Of a stretch of DNA of 28,129 bases, positions 9,806 to 17,673 are shown piece after piece. The DNA comes from Bacteroidota bacterium (GTDB lineage Bacteria > Bacteroidota > Bacteroidia > Bacteroidales > JBDKHP01), in contig JBDKHP010000029.1 of assembly GCA_039797645.1 (NCBI GenBank), forward strand, positions 1 to 28,129, read 5' to 3'. The position numbers and the translations under genes are program-made. How positions within the stretch are numbered: the first letter of the stretch is position 1; every line of letters begins with the position of its first letter. The notes under the pieces were generated by a model, which saw nothing but the letters and a program-made list of their open reading frames with translations, did no database searches and was not told where the DNA came from.

Positions 9806-10222
9806 GGGCGAAAAGCCAACAAAGAACCCAAACAAGTTAGCAAAACGAAGAAAAAGTACGTAGCAAGCAAACTACTGTTTTTCAGCATTCTGTTTAAATC
9901 GCACCCCGAATTCCACCTACAAACAATACTGTATTTCACCGCAAATCGACACATAAAGACTGAAATTCGCATTTCGTAGCAGCAGTTACTACACACTTGA
10001 CACTGCCGCAGAAAAAGAAGTCGGAGTAAAAAAAACCATAAAACTTTGGTGCTGTATTTGCAGAAAAAATCGATACTGCTATATTATCCTCAAAAAATAG
10101 CTGTATATTTAAAAGCTTATTACTTTAATCAGCAAAAAACTACTTGCTCTAATTTAAGAACAATAACAATTTGTATTTTAAGAATATTCTCCAAACAAAA
10201 TATTTACAAAATTACCTACCCA

Positions 10223-11977
10223 ATGAAAAATATTAAAATATCAGTAAAACTCATCTTTTTATCGCTATTCATGTCGGTAGTTATGCTATTTATTGGTGTA
10301 AGCGGCATCAATAACCTGAAAAAAGCAAATGCCGAAATGACTGGGATGTACGACGAGAATGTGGCTCCGATGGTGTTAATCACGACAATAGACGGATACT
10401 ACTCAAAAGAAATGATCGTAACGCTCGAAAACCTGAAAGAAAACCGTACCGATTATATACAAGGTGTTCATCAGATTGAGCAAACACTCGAAAAAATTAA
10501 AACAAGCTGGACGCAACTACGTAACTTACCCATAGATGAAGAAGAACAGGTACTCGAACTCGATGTAGAAACTCAGATGACAAAGCTCGACGACCATCTT
10601 TTTCTACTTAAAAACCACTTAATGCAGGCCGATACCACAAAATTTCTGCAAACTTGTGCCGACTATGTAGATGTTGCAATCCCATTTTACCAGAGTATCG
10701 ACAAATTACTCAAACACCAAGCCGTAGGCTGCAAAACTGTCGATTTAGACTCTAATGCTGAATACGAATCGGCTAGAATACAGTCGTATATACTTATTAT
10801 CATCTCGATTTGCATATCCTTGGCTATTGCCTTTTGGATAATCCTTGGCTTCCAGAAATCGCTAAAACAAGCCAACGATGCAATTGAGCGGGTAACGCGT
10901 GGCGATTTTTCTGTAAAAATTGAAGAAGCAGGCAACGACGAGGTGGGGCAGGTTTTACAAATGCTGCGCACGATGATCAGCCGTCTAAACGAAAGCGTAG
11001 GCATAGCCAATAGAATTTCAAAAGGCGACCTTACGATGGTCTCCGAACTCAAACGCAAGAATTCCACAAGCGAGCTGGATATTGCGCTCACCGAGATGGT
11101 GAGTAATTTAAGTGCCATTATGGAAAATATACTCGGCGGAGCAAATAGCATTGCAGCTGCAAGTGGCCAGATTAGTAGCACAGCACAACTTATGTCGCAG
11201 GGTGCAAGTGAGCAAGCTTCTTCTACTGAAGAGGTTACTTCGTCTATGGAAGAGATGTCTGCAAGTATTCAGCAGAATAGTCAGAATGCACGACAAACTG
11301 AACATATTGCCATAAAATCGTCTGGTGAAATTGAGCAAAGTAAGGATTTTGTAAAACAAACACTGGTGGCAATGAAGGATATTGCTGACAAGATTATACT
11401 AATCAATGATATATCCGAAAAAACAGACCTATTGGCAATAAATGCGGGTATTGAAGCCGCGCGTGCAGGCGAACAAGGTAAAGGTTTTGCGGTGGTTGCC
11501 ACCGAGGTGCGCAAACTTGCAGAAAATAGTCGGACGGCGTCGTTAAAAATTGCCGAACTCATTAGAGATAGTTTGTCGATAGCCGAAAAATCTAATGAAC
11601 TACTCACTGATTTGGTGCCAGAGATTCAAAAAACTTCCAATTTGGTAAAAGACATTTCAGCATCGAGTAACGAGCAAAATAGCGGGGCTTCGCAAGTGAC
11701 AGTTGCTATGATGCAACTGAGCCAAGTAACACAGCAAAATGCGGCTGCTTCTGAAGAACTTGCTACCAGTGCTGAAGAGTTATCGGCCCAAGCGGAGCAA
11801 TTGTTGGGTATTCTTCGGTTTTTCCAAACCGAAAATAAAATGCAAATCAATAAGAAAACGGCTGCACCCAAGCGAATGGCTAATAATCAGAATGAAAGTA
11901 ATCATGAATCAAATTCGGGAGGGATTAAAATTGAGTTAAATGACAAATTTGATGCTGATTTTGAAATATTTAAATAA
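10223..11977 (+). CDS. Methyl-accepting chemotaxis protein (TM, four-helix-bundle sensor, TM, HAMP, MCP signalling domain)
   Basis: TM1 '[20 protein letters not shown]'; TM2 '[22 protein letters not shown]'; HAMP '[18 protein letters not shown]'; hairpin tip '[34 protein letters not shown]'. ATG 10223 is preferred; the 10046 TTG extension is AT-rich and non-homologous. Confidence 0.94.
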   Translation: MKNIKISVKLIFLSLFMSVVMLFIGVSGINNLKKANAEMTGMYDENVAPMVLITTIDGYYSKEMIVTLENLKENRTDYIQGVHQIEQTLEKIKTSWTQLRNLPIDEEEQVLELDVETQMTKLDDHLFLLKNHLMQADTTKFLQTCADYVDVAIPFYQSIDKLLKHQAVGCKTVDLDSNAEYESARIQSYILIIISICISLAIAFWIILGFQKSLKQANDAIERVTRGDFSVKIEEAGNDEVGQVLQMLRTMISRLNESVGIANRISKGDLTMVSELKRKNSTSELDIALTEMVSNLSAIMENILGGANSIAAASGQISSTAQLMSQGASEQASSTEEVTSSMEEMSASIQQNSQNARQTEHIAIKSSGEIEQSKDFVKQTLVAMKDIADKIILINDISEKTDLLAINAGIEAARAGEQGKGFAVVATEVRKLAENSRTASLKIAELIRDSLSIAEKSNELLTDLVPEIQKTSNLVKDISASSNEQNSGASQVTVAMMQLSQVTQQNAAASEELATSAEELSAQAEQLLGILRFFQTENKMQINKKTAAPKRMANNQNESNHESNSGGIKIELNDKFDADFEIFK

Positions 11978-11996
11978 AACCGCGTGTTGCGTGTTT

Positions 11997-12027
11997 AAAA
12001 AAGGCGACCAAATTGGTCGCCTTTTTT
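11997..12027. terminator. Bidirectional intrinsic terminator after the MCP gene
   Basis: Perfect 14-bp inverted repeat aaaaaaggcgacca/tggtcgcctttttt with a 3-nt loop. Confidence 0.88.
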
Positions 12028-12133
12028 GTTTGGTGGGTGCAATTCGAGTTCGGAATCTGTTGTGAAGCTATGGCTGGTGTTCTTTTTCGGAAGGAATTGG
12101 CTTTGTGCTCGGGGAGTGAATGGGGTGGTGTTT

Positions 12134-12392
12134 CATGGCCGTAGGCCAACGCAAAGTGTTGGCCAAGCGCACCTACGGCGTTGCAAACGGTGCTGCCGAC
12201 CGAACTAGCCCGGATCGCGGCAAGTAGCCCACAGCGGGGTGATGTTGTTACCTTTTTTACAGTGATTTAATTGAAATACAAGGGCTTCCAAGTGATTGCG
12301 CTACCGTCCGCGAGGACTACTGCTAAGAGCCGGCAGCCGCCGCCTAAAGTATTGTTGGGCCTCCGCTCCTAATTCTTTTTTTTATTTTTTTT
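12134..12392 (-). repeat. Copy B of the ~255-bp dispersed repeat (inverted relative to A)
   Basis: Reverse complement carries all invariant blocks and shares a 43-nt exact run (gctgtgggctacttgccgcgatccgggctagttcggtcggcag) with copy C1. Confidence 0.92.
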
Positions 12393-12596
12393 CAATCATT
12401 GTGTATTTCGAGACCTTGTTTTTTTCGATTTTTCTGAAAATTGTGTCTGTTCGTGTTGTTTTGGACTTTGCACGCGGCTGGAATACCGCGAACCGATATG
12501 CGAAAATATAACTTTGGGCTTTTGCGACTGGTGGCTGTAAAGTGACCCAAAGCGTGTTTTTAAGATTAATTAAGGGGTGTGTTTGGCTGTAAGTGC

Positions 12597-12625
12597 TTGT
12601 TTCTGTGGATAAAAGTTTACATTTG
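12597..12625 (+). promoter_or_regulatory. Bacteroidota-type promoter for kbl
   Basis: TTG (12597-12599), N18, TACATTTG (12618-12625); 33 nt upstream of the ATG. Confidence 0.55.
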
Positions 12626-12658
12626 AGTCTAAAATACACGCAAACAAGAATCTGAGAT

Positions 12659-13846
12659 ATGTATGAAAATCTGAAGGAGAGGCTGGTGAATCAGTTGGCA
12701 GATATTGCCCAGGGGGGTCTCTATAAAACGGAACGCATTATTGCGAGCGCACAGGATGCTGAAATAACACTTGCCGATGGACGTAAAATGTTGAATTTTT
12801 GTGCGAATAATTATTTGGGGCTTTCGTCGCATCCGCGTGTGGTGGCTGCGTCGCAAAAGGCGGTGGAGAGTCGTGGTTATGGTATGTCGTCGGTGAGGTT
12901 TATATGTGGAACTCAGGATATTCACAAGAAATTAGAGTCTGAGATTTCGCATTTTCTGGGTATGGAGGACACGATTTTGTATGCTGCGGCTTTTGATGCA
13001 AATGGTGGTTTTTTTGAGCCTTTGTTTGATGAGAACGATGCGATAATCTCGGACGAATTGAATCATGCGTCGATAATTGATGGGGTGCGCTTGTGTAAGG
13101 CGCAACGGTTTCGGTACAAGCATGGGAATATGGACGATTTGGAAACGCAATTGGAGCGTGCTATGTCGCTGCGAAACCGTGTTATTGTTACGGATGGGGT
13201 GTTCTCTATGGATGGTGATATTGCAGATTTGGATCATATCTGCGAATTGGCCCAAAAATATGATGCGTTGGTGGTAGTGGACGATAGTCATGCTACGGGT
13301 TTTATTGGTGCTACGGGCAGGGGTACGCATGAGTATAACGATGTGATGGGCCGGGTGGATATTATAACCAGTACTCTGGGCAAGGCACTGGGTGGTGCAA
13401 TGGGTGGTTTTACGTCGGGGCCTCGGGAGGTTATTGATGTGTTGAGACAGCGTTCGCGGCCTTATTTGTTTTCGAATTCGTTGTCGCCAGCGATTGTTGG
13501 GGCTGCTCTCGAAGTGTTTGAGATGCTGAACGAATCGACTGAGCTGAGAGATAAAGTGATGGAAAATGCGGCGTACTTTCGTACGAAAATTGAATCGGCT
13601 GGTTTTAAAATTAAGCCTAGCCAATCGGCAATTGTGGCACTGATGCTATACGATGCGAAATTGTCGCAAAAATTTGCGACGCGTCTGCTGGAAGAGGGTA
13701 TTTATGTAATCGGGTTTTACTTTCCGGTGGTGCCCAAGGGACAAGCACGGATTCGGATACAACTTTCGGCGGCACATAGCCGGGCGCAATTGGATAAAGC
13801 AATTGCGGCTTTTGTTAAAATTGGCAAGGAACTTGCGGTGATCTGA
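12659..13846 (+). CDS. kbl: Glycine C-acetyltransferase (2-amino-3-ketobutyrate CoA ligase)
   Basis: '[12 protein letters not shown]', '[15 protein letters not shown]', '[15 protein letters not shown]', 'TDGVFSMDG', 'DDSHATG', PLP-Lys '[13 protein letters not shown]', '[11 protein letters not shown]', '[14 protein letters not shown]'. Confidence 0.96.
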   Translation: MYENLKERLVNQLADIAQGGLYKTERIIASAQDAEITLADGRKMLNFCANNYLGLSSHPRVVAASQKAVESRGYGMSSVRFICGTQDIHKKLESEISHFLGMEDTILYAAAFDANGGFFEPLFDENDAIISDELNHASIIDGVRLCKAQRFRYKHGNMDDLETQLERAMSLRNRVIVTDGVFSMDGDIADLDHICELAQKYDALVVVDDSHATGFIGATGRGTHEYNDVMGRVDIITSTLGKALGGAMGGFTSGPREVIDVLRQRSRPYLFSNSLSPAIVGAALEVFEMLNESTELRDKVMENAAYFRTKIESAGFKIKPSQSAIVALMLYDAKLSQKFATRLLEEGIYVIGFYFPVVPKGQARIRIQLSAAHSRAQLDKAIAAFVKIGKELAVI

Positions 13847-13911
13847 GAAGTAATGCGTTGCAGGGTGGTTCCCTGCATATTTGATCTGAGATTGTGCATT
13901 AATTCAGCATG

Positions 13912-13946
13912 GCCATTGGGTGGATATTCCGACCAATGGCTTTTTT
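13912..13946 (+). terminator. Intrinsic terminator after kbl
   Basis: Stem gccattgg/ccaatggc (extendable) followed by T6; a second hairpin tgcaggg/ccctgca lies at 13859-13877. Confidence 0.8.
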
Positions 13947-14028
13947 ATGCCCGCCCGGAAGGGTAGATAATAAAAGATGAAAAAACTTTTTTTAATCTTT
14001 TTTATTTAGAAACATTTTAAATAAAGTT

Positions 14029-14036
14029 TATATTTG
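14029..14036 (+). promoter_or_regulatory. Bacteroidota -7 promoter element for cysK
   Basis: TATATTTG (TAnnTTTG) in an AT-rich stretch 82 nt upstream of the cysK ATG. Confidence 0.6.
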
Positions 14037-14118
14037 CAATCAGACGGCTTGTGAGATTCGCCAAATACTTACAGGTTGGGCTTATAAAGCGATATAATCT
14101 ATCAATCAAAAACCTAGT

Positions 14119-15072
14119 ATGAAAATTGCAAATAGTGTAGCAGATTTAGTGGGTGGTACTCCTTTGGTGCGCCTGAATAAAGTAACAGATGGTTGTGTGG
14201 CCACAGTGTTGGCTAAATTAGAATATTTTAATCCGGGTGCATCGGTGAAAGATCGTTTGGGTTATGCCCTAATTACGGATGCTGAAGAACGTGGTTTGCT
14301 GAATGCCAATAGTGTAATTATTGAACCATCGAGTGGTAACACGGGTATCGGTTTGGCAATGATTGCTGCTGTAAAAGGTTACCGCCTTATAGTGACCATG
14401 CCAGAGAGTATGAGCCGCGAACGTCGGAATTTATTACTCGCTTATGGTGCCGAAATTGTGCTAACCCCCGCTGCACAAGGCATGAAAGGCGCAATTGCAA
14501 AATCGGAGGAATTGGCCGAAGAAACTCCAAATAGCTTTTTGCCACAGCAGTTTAAAAATATGGCAAACGTAGCCATGCACAAACGTACAACTGCGGTTGA
14601 AATTTGGGACGACACTGATGGTGAGGTCGATATGCTCGTAGCTGGCGTAGGCACAGGGGGTACAATTACGGGTGTTTCCGAAGTGCTCAAACAACGTAAA
14701 CCAAGCTTTAAGGCCATCGCGATTGAGCCTCAGGAAAGCCCCGTATTGGCAGGTGGCAAACCAGGGCCACACCGTATTCAGGGTCTTGGTGCTGGCTTTA
14801 TTCCAGATATTGTAAACACAGATCTTATCGACGAAATATATGCGGTAAACATAGACGAATCGCTTGCAATGGCAAAACGTCTGGCAAAAGAAGAGGGTAT
14901 CTTAGCGGGTATTTCGTCGGGTGCTAATGTTCATGCTGCAATTGAGATTGCAAAACGCCCCGAGAACAAGGGCAAAACAATTGTGGTGATTGTTTGTGAT
15001 ACAGGAGAGCGTTACTTGAGTACACCTTTATACAATTTCGAGGCTGAAATGCAACAGCTTACTGCACAATAA
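14119..15072 (+). CDS. cysK: Cysteine synthase A (O-acetylserine sulfhydrylase)
   Basis: '[10 protein letters not shown]', '[14 protein letters not shown]' (PLP Lys), '[12 protein letters not shown]', '[10 protein letters not shown]', '[10 protein letters not shown]', '[12 protein letters not shown]', 'GISSGA', 'DTGERYLST'. Confidence 0.97.
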   Translation: MKIANSVADLVGGTPLVRLNKVTDGCVATVLAKLEYFNPGASVKDRLGYALITDAEERGLLNANSVIIEPSSGNTGIGLAMIAAVKGYRLIVTMPESMSRERRNLLLAYGAEIVLTPAAQGMKGAIAKSEELAEETPNSFLPQQFKNMANVAMHKRTTAVEIWDDTDGEVDMLVAGVGTGGTITGVSEVLKQRKPSFKAIAIEPQESPVLAGGKPGPHRIQGLGAGFIPDIVNTDLIDEIYAVNIDESLAMAKRLAKEEGILAGISSGANVHAAIEIAKRPENKGKTIVVIVCDTGERYLSTPLYNFEAEMQQLTAQ

Positions 15073-15094
15073 AACGCCCGAAATTTCACGTATT

Positions 15095-15127
15095 AAAGCC
15101 CTGCTCTTACCAGACAGGGCTTTTTTT
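15095..15127 (+). terminator. Terminator-like hairpin between cysK and cysE
   Basis: Stem aaagccctg/cagggcttt followed by a T7 run. Confidence 0.72.
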
Positions 15128-15191
15128 AGTACTTCTTTTTAGGCGCAAATAGAAAAGAACTTGCGCACAAACATTTAATAAAGACACGAAC

Positions 15192-16112
15192 ATGCAACGG
15201 ATTGATGGAATTTTCAAAGATGTAATTCAGCAACTGTCTGACGTTAACAACTCACGCTGGACGTACCAGTCGCCTACGTATGGGCAACCCATGCCGTCTA
15301 TCGATGAGGTGAAACAAATGGTGCATCTATGTCGCCAAGTAATATTTCCTGGTTTTTACGGCCACTCTTCTATGACCCCCGAACGTATGCCTTACTACTT
15401 GGGTGTCAATGTAGATCAACTCTTTACGGTATTGCACGAGCAACTCAAACGGGGTTACTGCTTCGCCTGCGAGCGTCAACCCAATTTTGTGTGCAGCGAC
15501 TGCAATGCAGAGGCTTATGCGAGTGCTGTGAACTTTATCAACTCCCTGCCCGAACTCCGCAGCCAACTGATTGGCGACGTAGAAGCCGCCTTCGACGGAG
15601 ACCCCGCTGCCAAAACACACGGCGAGGTGATATTCTGCTACCCTGCAATTCTGGCCATTACAAACTACCGCATTGCCCACAAATTGTTGGAAATGGGCGT
15701 GCCGCTTATTCCGCGTATTATCTCGGAATTGGCACATTCTCAAACAGGTATCGACATTCACCCGGGCGCACAAATTGGCGAACGCTTCACGATAGACCAC
15801 GGTACGGGTGTCGTAATTGGCGAAACGGCTGTAATTGGGAATAACGTGAAACTCTACCAAGGTGTAACTCTAGGTGCGAAGAGTTTCCCTACCGACGAGA
15901 ATGGCAATCCCATAAAGGGCATACCGCGTCACCCGTTTGTAGAAGACAATGTGGTAATTTACTCTGGAGCTACAATCTTAGGGCGTATTACCATAGGCAA
16001 AGGTTCGGTAATTGGTGGTAACGTATGGGTTACGAACAACTTACCACCCAACTCGCGTGTGGTACAAACAACCCCACGTGAAACGAAATTTACCGAAGGC
16101 GCAGGTATTTAA
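15192..16112 (+). CDS. cysE: Serine O-acetyltransferase (long, EpsC-type N-terminus)
   Basis: 'DVEAAFDGDPAA', 'YPAILAITNYRIAH', 'TGIDIHPGAQIG', 'IDHGTGVVIGET', 'KLYQGVTLG', 'RHPFVEDNVVIYSGATILG'; adjacent to cysK; ends in Ile. Confidence 0.93.
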   Translation: MQRIDGIFKDVIQQLSDVNNSRWTYQSPTYGQPMPSIDEVKQMVHLCRQVIFPGFYGHSSMTPERMPYYLGVNVDQLFTVLHEQLKRGYCFACERQPNFVCSDCNAEAYASAVNFINSLPELRSQLIGDVEAAFDGDPAAKTHGEVIFCYPAILAITNYRIAHKLLEMGVPLIPRIISELAHSQTGIDIHPGAQIGERFTIDHGTGVVIGETAVIGNNVKLYQGVTLGAKSFPTDENGNPIKGIPRHPFVEDNVVIYSGATILGRITIGKGSVIGGNVWVTNNLPPNSRVVQTTPRETKFTEGAGI

Positions 16113-16131
16113 GCCCAAGCTTTCACCAAAA

Positions 16132-16176
16132 AAAAAGCACAATTAGCAGCTCTAAAAGTTGCAGATTGTGCTTTTT
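16132..16176. terminator. Bidirectional terminator between convergent cysE and the SpmA/B gene
   Basis: Inverted repeat aaaaagcacaat/attgtgcttttt with A and T tails. Confidence 0.72.
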
Positions 16177-16202
16177 GTTTAATGAAAACCGCCTAGAAAT
16201 TC

Positions 16203-17435
16203 TCAGCCAAAGAAATAGTACGTAATTGCCACAGAGGCAATAAGTCCGGCAATATCGGCAATAAGCCCCGCTGTAATAGCATACCGCGTATTGCGAATAC
16301 CCACAGACCCAAAATAGACCGCAATGACATAAAATGTGGTATCTGCCGAACCTTGAATGATGCAGGTAAGACGCCCCACGAAAGAATCCGCACCAAAAGT
16401 CTTCATCGCGTCCACCATCATGCCCCGCGAGCCGCTTCCGCTGAGTGGTTTCATAAAGGCAGTAGGCAAAGCATCCACAAAGCGCGTGTCAAACCCAAGG
16501 TGCGTTACCAAAATACGGACAATCTCTACCAAATAATCCATCGCCCCCGATGCCCGAAACACTGCAATGCCCACCAGCATGGCCACCAAATACGGGATAA
16601 TTGTTATCGCCGTAGTAAATCCATCTTTCGCACCTTCAACGAAGGCTTCGTAAATGTTCACCCGTTTGAAAGCCGCCAAAGTAAAGAAGAAGATAATAAT
16701 CCCAAACAAAATCACATTACTGATAAGGCTCGACACCACATTCATTTGCTCCTGTGGCATTCTGCTCAACACGTAAATAGAGCCCACAATTACCGCCGAA
16801 AGACCGCCAATATAAGCCAGCACAACCGGATGCCAGAGCTTCAGCCGCTGAAATAAACCCACCGTAATAAGCCCCGCGAGGGTAGAGAAGAAAGTAGCCA
16901 AGAGGATCGGAATAAATACGTCCGACGGATCTGCCGCTCCCATCTTGGCGCGATATACCATAATAGAAATTGGAATAATCGTAAGTCCCGAGGTATTGAG
17001 CACCAAGAACATTATTTGCGGGTCGGAAGCCTTGTCTTTGTATTCGTTTAGGTCTTGCATTTCTTTCATCGCCTTGAGTCCCAAGGGGGTCGCAGCGTTG
17101 TCCAAGCCCAACATGTTGGCAGAAATATTCATCAGGATAGACCCAATTGCAGGGTGTCCCTTCGGAATCTTGGGGAATAGCTGTCGGAATAATGGCCCAA
17201 TAGCCTTAGAGAACAGCGCAATAACGCCCCCTCGCTCACCCACTTTCATAATACCCAACCAGAGCGACAACACTCCAGTAAGGCCAATCGAAATAGTAAA
17301 ACCCAATTCGGCACTATCGAAAGTTGCCTTCACCAAACGCGAAAACACGTCCATATCGCCAAATACAAACGCCTTAATCAACGCCACCACAAAGGCTACA
17401 AAGAAAAAGGCAATCCAAATATAATTCAGTACCAT
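16203..17435 (-). CDS. Fused SpmA/SpmB-type (nucleoside-recognition Gate domain) membrane protein
   Basis: 'GLTGVLSLWLGIMKVGE', 'NISANMLGLDNAATPLGLKAM', 'FLVLNTSG', 'AFVEGAKDGF', 'KPLSGSGSRG', 'QGSADTTFYVIAVYFGSVG'. ATG 17435 (MVLNYIW) is preferred over 17540. Confidence 0.88.
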   Translation of the reverse strand: MVLNYIWIAFFFVAFVVALIKAFVFGDMDVFSRLVKATFDSAELGFTISIGLTGVLSLWLGIMKVGERGGVIALFSKAIGPLFRQLFPKIPKGHPAIGSILMNISANMLGLDNAATPLGLKAMKEMQDLNEYKDKASDPQIMFLVLNTSGLTIIPISIMVYRAKMGAADPSDVFIPILLATFFSTLAGLITVGLFQRLKLWHPVVLAYIGGLSAVIVGSIYVLSRMPQEQMNVVSSLISNVILFGIIIFFFTLAAFKRVNIYEAFVEGAKDGFTTAITIIPYLVAMLVGIAVFRASGAMDYLVEIVRILVTHLGFDTRFVDALPTAFMKPLSGSGSRGMMVDAMKTFGADSFVGRLTCIIQGSADTTFYVIAVYFGSVGIRNTRYAITAGLIADIAGLIASVAITYYFFG

Positions 17436-17673
17436 ACGTCTAATTTTACACCCAAAGAACAGACCCAAGCTCCCGCAAAATGCACCGAGAAAGGCAGTCC
17501 CGAAAGTGTAAAAAAAAAAGATGCAAACCAAAGCCATCAAAAAGGCCAGTCCGTACGAAGATTAGCGCAAATAGCGAACGTAGAACTACAAAATATCGTA
17601 TATTGAACCCTTAATCTTGGGGCGAAATTTGCAACACGCAAATAGGTTTAAGCGGCACAAAAAAACATAGAGC

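Noticed and set aside
9679-9996. 105-aa ORF overlapping copy A, and similar 'MAVGQ...' peptides in B (from 12135) and C1 (within 20814-21167)
   Set aside because: The shared peptide start reflects the repeat DNA; frames diverge, lengths differ and C1 is frameshifted, so coding is not conserved.
10046-10222. N-terminal extensions given by the ORF track (MCP 10046, also CBS 8633, SpmA/B 17540, PurQ-like 20710, metG 22900)
   Set aside because: Non-homologous, low-complexity sequence upstream of better ATGs; for metG and the PurQ-like gene the extension overlaps the predicted promoter.
9530-12402. Target-site duplications flanking A..B or C1..C2
   Set aside because: Flanks compared by eye (agccgagat vs caatcattg; tcccgaaagc vs ctaacagcta) show no direct repeat; A/T tracts blur the exact ends.
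14037-14118. Possible SAM or sulfur riboswitch in the cysK leader
   Set aside because: No SAM-I or SAM-II consensus or convincing stems recognised; an Infernal/Rfam scan would be needed to exclude it fully.
8758-15072. PLP theme (pdxJ, kbl, cysK) as a functional cluster
   Set aside because: The genes are separated by terminators, repeats and an unrelated MCP, each with its own signals; likely coincidental.
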